NCBI GenBank assembly: GCA_001600695.1 | Contig: BCKQ01000008.1 | Coordinates: forward strand, 615,087 to 620,819 | Length of the DNA stretch: 5,733 bases | From: Ascoidea asiatica JCM 7603 | Taxonomy: Eukaryota; Fungi; Ascomycota | Reading direction: 5' to 3' | Part shown: piece by piece, positions 1 to 5,733 of the stretch | Position numbering within the stretch: position 1 is the first letter of the stretch | Layout of the letters: every line of letters begins with the position of its first letter | Notes under the pieces: generated by a model | The model's database searches: none | Told to the model about the DNA's origin: nothing | What the model saw: only the letters and a program-made list of their open reading frames with translations | Translations under genes and position numbers: made by a program

Positions 1-197
1 TTAATAAAGCTTTAGCTGTTTCAAAAAGAATTGAAACTGGTACTGTTTGGGTTAATACTTATAACGATTTTCATCATTCTGTTCCATTTGGTGGTTACAA
101 AGAAAGTGGAATTGGTAGAGAAATGGGCGAAGAAGCTTTATTAAATTATACTCAAACTAAAGCTGTAAGAATAAAACTTAATCCAACTGATTTTTAG
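1..197 (+). CDS. 3' end (5'-partial) of an NAD(P)+-dependent aldehyde dehydrogenase, ALDH family 1/2, yeast Ald4/Ald5/Ald6-like
   Basis: The frame starting at base 3 reads [64 protein letters not shown] with TAG at 195-197. It carries the typical ALDH C-terminal motifs GTVWVNTYN, PFGGxKxSGxGREMG and the final KAVRI strand. The paralog cannot be assigned from 64 aa. Confidence 0.96.
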   Translation, partial: NKALAVSKRIETGTVWVNTYNDFHHSVPFGGYKESGIGREMGEEALLNYTQTKAVRIKLNPTDF

Positions 198-468
198 TTT
201 AAAATCAAAATAATAAACAATTAACGAAATGATTTAAATAATATTTATATATGAAACAAAAATAATAAAAGCATATCTCTTTTTTATGAAAATTTTGAAA
301 TAAGCAACAATATATTTGTTGGATAAATTTTTAAATAAAACTACAATTTTTAATTTTTTTTTTTTTAAATTTAACTAAAATTTATACATTTGATAAAATA
401 AAACATTTGATAATAAAAAAACATTGAAATAATCTAAAACTATTTATAATTAGAGAACAAAAATTGAA
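198..468. terminator. Convergent intergenic region: 3' UTRs and cleavage/polyadenylation signals of the ALDH gene and CHC1
   Basis: Lies between two convergent stop codons. Contains the palindromic yeast efficiency element TATATA (246-251), AATAAA at 212-217 and 264-269 on the plus strand, and a T13 tract (354-366). These motifs are weak evidence in such AT-rich DNA; the position is the main support. Confidence 0.6.
386..432. repeat. Degenerate tandem repeat, ~17-18 nt period, about 3 copies
   Basis: ACATTTGATAA at 386-396 and 403-413, and a variant ACATTGAAATAA at 421-432. The copies are separated by short A-rich spacers. Confidence 0.65.
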
Positions 469-3400
469 CTAAAACCCGTTTCCAAAACCAGCACCGGTAG
501 CTTGAAATCCCATTGGGTTAATTCCAGTCAACATTGGAGCAACTGGTTGAGGAACAATTGGTGCACCACCATTTGTTAACAATAATTGAGAACCTAACAC
601 TGGTTTATCTTCATCTTTTTTCTCTTTTTCTTTTCTTATTGCCAAATCTTTATATAATTCATTAATTTTATCATTTTGTTCTTTCTTTATTGAAATTTCA
701 TATGGTTTTATAAAATCTCCTAAATTATGTAACCAAGAAAGCTCAAGAACATAATCATAATTAACTAAATCATAACAAATATATAACATTGCAACAAAAC
801 ATTCCCTATTTCCAATTTCAACAAAATATTTTAAGAGTTCATGCACTATTTTAACATTCTTAGAAATAGATGCAGTTTCAATTAAATCTGTCCATAATCT
901 ATCTTCTTTCAAAATAGAAATTGCTTTATTATACTTCTTATTTTTACGATATAAATAAGCAGAAATTTGTCTGAAAAAGATTAAATCACTTTTTTCTAAT
1001 CTGGATGCTAAATCAATTGAATCAAATCTATCATGAGCATCAATTACACTTTTTAAAGTTTTATAATCTTCTTCTTCAATTAACAAATCATGATAAGCTT
1101 CATTAACAACTGAATTATTTTTTTCTAATACAGAAATTAAAAATGGTTTAATCATTGGTAAATTATCAGCTTTTTGAAAAATTCTAACAACTCTTCCAAT
1201 ATCAATTCTTGGAGACATAACACTTAATAAATCGACTATTAAATCTGGATTTTCATTCATATAGAAATTAATTGCCTTATAATAAATTTCTAAATTAGAA
1301 ACTTTGACAACTACTTCTTTAAATTGTTGATGATCAAAAGCATCTGCAGATTTATCAATCATAGTTAAAATTGCATTATCCCATTCATCATAATGACAAT
1401 AAAGGAAAACTAATTCAGGCCATAAATGAGCATCTTTACAAGCACTTAATACTTTTGGAATATTAATTCTTGACCAGAATAATTTCAAATGTTCCATAGT
1501 CTTTGCTGGAATATATTTAGTATATAAAACAGCTAATTCAGTGAACATACCCATATGAGCTCTTTCTAGACCTAAACCACTTTCAAATAATGAAATTAAT
1601 TCATCAAAGAAACCGTTAGCTTCATAAGTATGAACTAATTCTTCAAGTTCATCAGCATCAATAATTAAATTCAAACCACAAATTTGAGCTAAACGGAATT
1701 CTTTATTTTCAATACAAGCAGAGTTAACTTGTTTCCAAACTTTAATATTGGAAGCTTTTCTTGCACAATCAACAGCAGCTTGATAATCTTGAAGATAAAC
1801 TAAAGTACTTGCAAGTTTAGAATAGTTTGAAATATTCTCAAACAATAATTTAGCAGCTTTATAATTTTTGGTTTCATATAATTTATCACCAATTTCTTCT
1901 AAGTTTGCAACATTTGAATCATTTAAAAACATTGATATTTCAGTTAAATTATCTAATTCAGCTAAACATAAAATCAATTCACCATCAATTTTTGCTTCTC
2001 TTAATGATTTTCTAGCCATTTTAAGGTAAGGAACTAATTCTTCAAATTTACCTGCTTTTTCAGAAATATCAATAACATCTGAATAATTAGATGGATCATT
2101 TGATTTGATATAGGATGAGATTGCGTCATCAATTCTAAGACCATTTAACTGAGCTATACCCAATTGATACCAAAGAGTTGGTTCATCTAATTTTTCAACA
2201 TATTCTTCTCCTCTATCTAAAGACATAATATCTTCAACAAGAACTTTCAAAGCATCAGAATATAATTCAAATTTATCATAAATTTTAAAAGCTTCTTCAG
2301 AAAGTCCACTTTCAATACATAATGGAGCAATTTCCTGTGGATCATATTTATCTAATTTTTCAACATAATCAATAACTTTAGCAGGATAAGCTTTAACAGC
2401 AGTTAAAATTAATAAACCTTGTAATGAAGCATTATCATTAAAAGTTGAATCAGGTTCAAGAATAATTTTTTCTAATAATTCAATTAATTCCATTGGTAAA
2501 TTATTATCCATAAATGCTTTAACAGCAATTGAAACAGGTTCAGGATCAGTTAATTCTGGTATAGCTGTACCAACAATTTGATCAATTAATTGTCTTCTAT
2601 ACATATTTTCATCATTAAGAACTTTACTATATAAATCAAGATCAGATCTTTCTAATAAATATCTTGCTTGATATTTAAACATTGAATTTTGATTTGTAAT
2701 TCTGATTAATTCTTCATCATTTTTACCTTTTGAATAACAAATATAAGCTAAATATGGATCTCTTTTTTCACAATATTTACCAACTTCAATAGTATTATAA
2801 ATATCATTTTCTTTTAAGAATTTTTCTGGATTATTATTTGAATCAATATAAATTTTTGCAAGAGTATTATATAAAACAGGATCTTGAGAACCTTGTGTTA
2901 AAGTTTGTTCTAAAAATGGTAATAAAATTTTTAATCTATTTCTTTTTTCAACTTGTTCAACTAATGGAGCTAATGGAACTTGACCCATAACACTACTTAA
3001 TAAATTTTTAATAATATTTTCATCACAATCAACATCTAATAAACCTGCAATAACTTCAGGAGTTCTTGAAGGATTAACTTGTTGAACATAAACTTCAATA
3101 AATTTAAAAAATTGATTTTTATAAAGATAAAGTACTAAATCATGAACAAAATTAAATCTATCACAAACAATAACTAAAGGTAATTGATCTTGTAATTTTT
3201 GTTCTTTTAAGAAATTTTTAACTTTTTCACCATTATAATGATTATTATCTCTAACAATTCTTTCAATTTCTTTAAATTGATTTAATTTACAAGCAGCTTG
3301 AATATATTTAAATACAACATTTTCATCTTCACTTAAATTAACAATTGAAGCTAAATAATAATATAAACCTTCAGAACATTTAAATTCTTCAAATAATTTA

Positions 3401-5589
3401 ATTAAACGATCAGAACCAATTAATTCATTATATTTAGTTGCAACTTGAATAACTATTTGTAAATTTTTTGATAAATTTTTATCTAATAATTCATTTAAAC
3501 AAGCCATTGATTGTTCAATATTTAATTGACCAAAATAAGTAATTAACCAATCAACTTGAATAGATTCAGTATGAATTATAACTCTTTTAATATCTTTTAA
3601 ATCAGTATAATTTTCTAAAGCTTTTTGAAATAAACCTGCATTTTCACATAATTTTGCAATTGTTGGTTTATCATAATGATTAAACATTTTATTTGACATT
3701 ATAGCTTCAGCAACTTGAGGAGCATGTAATAAATTAATTTCTAATAATCTTGTTTGTAAATGACCTTCATTTGGTAAATCATTTTTTAAAGCTTCTAATA
3801 AAAAAGCAGTACCTTGTTGAATATGATTTTGAGAGAAAAAACTATCAGAAATTTTTTCAATTGATAAATCTGAATTTGAATCATTTGAAATTATATTTTT
3901 TGATAATAATTCATTTGCAAATTCAACAGCTTTATCAGGATTTGATCTTAAAATCATTTGAATTAAAATTAAAAAATTTGGTTTAAAATTAATTTTTAAA
4001 GAATATGGTATAATTTTATCAAATTGATTTAATTCTGCTAAACAAATAATAATTTTATTATTTAAAGTTGTTGAATTTTTAATATTTGAATTATTTGCAG
4101 CATCATAAGAACCACTTGTATTTTGAATACCTAAGATATCATTACCAACACCTAAATAAATTTTTAAAGCTAATTTTATATCATATTGTTTAACAATATC
4201 ACCTAATTCTTCAGAAAAAGTAATTTTTGATTGTGATAACCAATTTTCAAATAAATTTTTTTTATTTTGAATTAAAACTGGTTTTGCTAATTCAATTGAT
4301 TCAAATTTATTTAATTTATCATTATCTAATAATATTGAAAAATATTGTAAAATTGGAGAAATTTGACCAGGAATTGCATTAATATTTTTTAATTTATCTA
4401 TAGTTTCTTTTGTTCTTAATTGAGAAGAAGAAGCAGCTAAAGTTGCAGCATTTAAATAATCACCAGAATTTAAAAAAGTTTGAAATTGTTGATTAATAAT
4501 ATTTTCAGCACCAGGTAAATTACTTCTTTTTGCAAAAGATAAAGCTAAATTAATATTTGATAATTTATTTAAAATATATGGTATTAAATTTTTTTTTGAA
4601 ATATCAATAAATAAAACTTGACCTTTTTTATTTATAGTTATTATACCATTATTATGAGATTGAGCAGTAAATAAAGGATCAGCAGAAATTCTATTAACAA
4701 ATAAATTTTGACCAGATTCTAAATCATATAAATGAATAAAACCAAATTTACTTAAAATATAAATAATACCATAATTTTTTGAAATTTGACAAGAAATTGG
4801 AAAATCATTTGTTGCATCTTGTGGAAAAAATAAATCTACATTTTTTTTTTGATAATTAGAATTAGATGTATTATTATTTTTATCATCATCATTATCAATT
4901 TGAATAATATGTAATTGACCATTAGTTGAATTATTTGGTTTATTTGCAATAACAAATAAATTAAAATTTTTAAAATTTGCAAAATTACAAACATGACCAT
5001 CAATAATTTGAGAAATATTTCTTTTTTTTGAATATAATTGAATTTTACCTTGAATTTTATTATTATCATCTTGATAAATACCATTAATTGAAAACCAAGA
5101 TAAATTTTGATTTGAATTTATATTAATAATTTGACAATTATTTAAAATATTATTTTTATTTGTAATTAAAATTGGTTTTGAATTTTCTTCAAATAAATTC
5201 CAAATATATAAAGAATTAAAAGTTATAAAAGTTAAAATTTTATCATTTAACCATTTCCAAAATAAAATTGATTCATTATTATTTAAATTATAATTACCTA
5301 ATCTTTTTTTTAAATTTAAATCAAAAATTTGCATAGTTGAATTTAATTTTAAAGCAATTATTAAATTATTTGGATGCATAATTATAGAATCTGCATTCAT
5401 TGATTTTTTAATTAAATTACCTGGACTTTCATTATGTAAAGGTAAAATTGAAACAGAAGATTCATCTCTAATTGAAATATAATTATTTGATAAAGTACAA
5501 TTTTTAAAATCAATTTTATTTGAAGGTATTGAATAATCAGTTATTAAATTTGTTAATTCAGTAAATTCTATTGGTATATCTGTTGACAT
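469..5589 (-). CDS. CHC1: Clathrin heavy chain (1706 aa), complete and intronless
   Basis: Single ORF from ATG (5587-5589; context TCAAAATGTCA, A at -3) to TAG (469-471). Recognisable clathrin heavy chain motifs run throughout. N-terminal beta-propeller: PIEFTEL, ADSIIMHP, QIIDGH, FFPQDATNDFPI, GFIHLYDLESG. Leg repeats: GHLQTRLLEINLLHAPQVA, DQLPLVIVCDRF, VEKRNRLKILLPFLE, YCEKRDPYLAY, EFRLAQICGL, GLGLERAHMGMFTELAVLY, EHLKLFWSRINIPKV, YHDLLIEEEDY. It ends with the trimerisation region and a Pro/Gly-rich tail, and closely resembles budding-yeast Chc1. Confidence 0.99.
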   Translation of the reverse strand: MSTDIPIEFTELTNLITDYSIPSNKIDFKNCTLSNNYISIRDESSVSILPLHNESPGNLIKKSMNADSIIMHPNNLIIALKLNSTMQIFDLNLKKRLGNYNLNNNESILFWKWLNDKILTFITFNSLYIWNLFEENSKPILITNKNNILNNCQIININSNQNLSWFSINGIYQDDNNKIQGKIQLYSKKRNISQIIDGHVCNFANFKNFNLFVIANKPNNSTNGQLHIIQIDNDDDKNNNTSNSNYQKKNVDLFFPQDATNDFPISCQISKNYGIIYILSKFGFIHLYDLESGQNLFVNRISADPLFTAQSHNNGIITINKKGQVLFIDISKKNLIPYILNKLSNINLALSFAKRSNLPGAENIINQQFQTFLNSGDYLNAATLAASSSQLRTKETIDKLKNINAIPGQISPILQYFSILLDNDKLNKFESIELAKPVLIQNKKNLFENWLSQSKITFSEELGDIVKQYDIKLALKIYLGVGNDILGIQNTSGSYDAANNSNIKNSTTLNNKIIICLAELNQFDKIIPYSLKINFKPNFLILIQMILRSNPDKAVEFANELLSKNIISNDSNSDLSIEKISDSFFSQNHIQQGTAFLLEALKNDLPNEGHLQTRLLEINLLHAPQVAEAIMSNKMFNHYDKPTIAKLCENAGLFQKALENYTDLKDIKRVIIHTESIQVDWLITYFGQLNIEQSMACLNELLDKNLSKNLQIVIQVATKYNELIGSDRLIKLFEEFKCSEGLYYYLASIVNLSEDENVVFKYIQAACKLNQFKEIERIVRDNNHYNGEKVKNFLKEQKLQDQLPLVIVCDRFNFVHDLVLYLYKNQFFKFIEVYVQQVNPSRTPEVIAGLLDVDCDENIIKNLLSSVMGQVPLAPLVEQVEKRNRLKILLPFLEQTLTQGSQDPVLYNTLAKIYIDSNNNPEKFLKENDIYNTIEVGKYCEKRDPYLAYICYSKGKNDEELIRITNQNSMFKYQARYLLERSDLDLYSKVLNDENMYRRQLIDQIVGTAIPELTDPEPVSIAVKAFMDNNLPMELIELLEKIILEPDSTFNDNASLQGLLILTAVKAYPAKVIDYVEKLDKYDPQEIAPLCIESGLSEEAFKIYDKFELYSDALKVLVEDIMSLDRGEEYVEKLDEPTLWYQLGIAQLNGLRIDDAISSYIKSNDPSNYSDVIDISEKAGKFEELVPYLKMARKSLREAKIDGELILCLAELDNLTEISMFLNDSNVANLEEIGDKLYETKNYKAAKLLFENISNYSKLASTLVYLQDYQAAVDCARKASNIKVWKQVNSACIENKEFRLAQICGLNLIIDADELEELVHTYEANGFFDELISLFESGLGLERAHMGMFTELAVLYTKYIPAKTMEHLKLFWSRINIPKVLSACKDAHLWPELVFLYCHYDEWDNAILTMIDKSADAFDHQQFKEVVVKVSNLEIYYKAINFYMNENPDLIVDLLSVMSPRIDIGRVVRIFQKADNLPMIKPFLISVLEKNNSVVNEAYHDLLIEEEDYKTLKSVIDAHDRFDSIDLASRLEKSDLIFFRQISAYLYRKNKKYNKAISILKEDRLWTDLIETASISKNVKIVHELLKYFVEIGNRECFVAMLYICYDLVNYDYVLELSWLHNLGDFIKPYEISIKKEQNDKINELYKDLAIRKEKEKKDEDKPVLGSQLLLTNGGAPIVPQPVAPMLTGINPMGFQATGAGFGNGF

Positions 5590-5607
5590 TTTGATAAAAT
5601 GATATAT

Positions 5608-5691
5608 TATTCTATTCTATCTTATCTTATCTTATATCTTATATCTTATATCTTATATTATATATCATATATTATGATATATTATGATATA
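5608..5691. repeat. Compound AT-rich microsatellite upstream of CHC1
   Basis: (TATTC)2 at 5608-5617, (TATCT)3 at 5618-5632, (TATATCT)3 at 5633-5653, then (ATATATTATG)2 at 5667-5686 plus a partial copy. Confidence 0.85.
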
Positions 5692-5700
5692 ATACAATAT

Positions 5701-5730
5701 AAATGAAATGAATTGAATATAATTGAATTG
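5701..5730. repeat. Degenerate pentamer repeat (AAWTG)n
   Basis: AAATG AAATG AATTG AATAT AATTG AATTG. It may continue past the window edge. Confidence 0.7.
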
Positions 5731-5733
5731 AAG

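Larger units (their letters stand above)
5590..5733 (-). promoter_or_regulatory. CHC1 5' UTR / proximal promoter (partial)
   Basis: Directly upstream of the CHC1 ATG, A-rich on the sense strand near the start codon, and with no coding signal. The transcription start cannot be placed from sequence. Confidence 0.5.

Noticed and set aside
305-321. CAACAA/TTGTTG hairpin as a terminator
   Set aside because: A 6-bp weak stem is expected by chance, and intrinsic hairpin terminators do not apply to yeast Pol II genes.
386-432. Repeat-spacer pattern as a CRISPR-like array
   Set aside because: The units are only 11 nt with 6-7 nt A-rich spacers, there are three degenerate copies, the context is eukaryotic and there are no cas genes.
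3750-3986. 78-aa plus-strand ORF from the ORF track
   Set aside because: It is antisense to CHC1, begins at TTG rather than ATG, and is Leu/Lys/Ile-rich with no recognisable motif. It is a shadow of the AT-rich coding strand.
4057-4152. Possible in-frame intron explaining the CHC1 insertion
   Set aside because: There is no GTATGT/GTAAGT donor, no TACTAAC-like branch point and no suitably placed 3' YAG. The frame is open and codon usage is coding-like.
4841-4850. A10 run (sense strand) and other A/T homopolymers in CHC1 as programmed frameshift sites
   Set aside because: They are explained by consecutive CAA/AAA/AAT codons under AT bias. No downstream structure or meaningful alternative-frame product is visible.
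4836-5084. 82-aa minus-strand ORF in an alternative frame
   Set aside because: It is nested out of frame in CHC1. Its Ile/Met/Lys low-complexity sequence is what a shifted reading of AAT/GAT-rich codons gives. The main frame is intact and conserved here.
1-5733. ALDH plus clathrin as a functional gene cluster or novel system
   Set aside because: These are convergent housekeeping genes with no known pathway link. Adjacency in a compact yeast genome is not evidence of shared function.
5608-5733. Upstream repeats as telomeric repeats, an LTR or a transposon end
   Set aside because: The units are heterogeneous and short, with no G-rich telomere-like unit, no TG...CA LTR boundaries and no terminal inverted repeat with target-site duplication visible.

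Overview
Very AT-rich eukaryotic DNA, most likely from a budding yeast (Saccharomycotina). Most of the window is one complete, intronless clathrin heavy chain gene (CHC1, 469..5589, minus strand, 1706 aa). It converges on the 3' end of an ALD4/5/6-like aldehyde dehydrogenase gene (<1..197, plus strand) that the ORF track missed. A 271-bp intergenic region with yeast-type 3'-end signals lies between them, and a compound microsatellite lies upstream of CHC1. This is a housekeeping locus: I see no mobile element, RNA gene, CRISPR array or evidence of a new multi-gene system. The most unusual signal is a steep compositional polarity inside CHC1. By hand count, synonymous G/C-ending codons number 0 in the first 484 codons, 5 in the next 600 and about 52 in the last 622. 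An Asn/Ile-drifted terminal domain and a ~26-aa insertion accompany this. Comparisons with S. cerevisiae and mammalian clathrin are from memory, not from an alignment.
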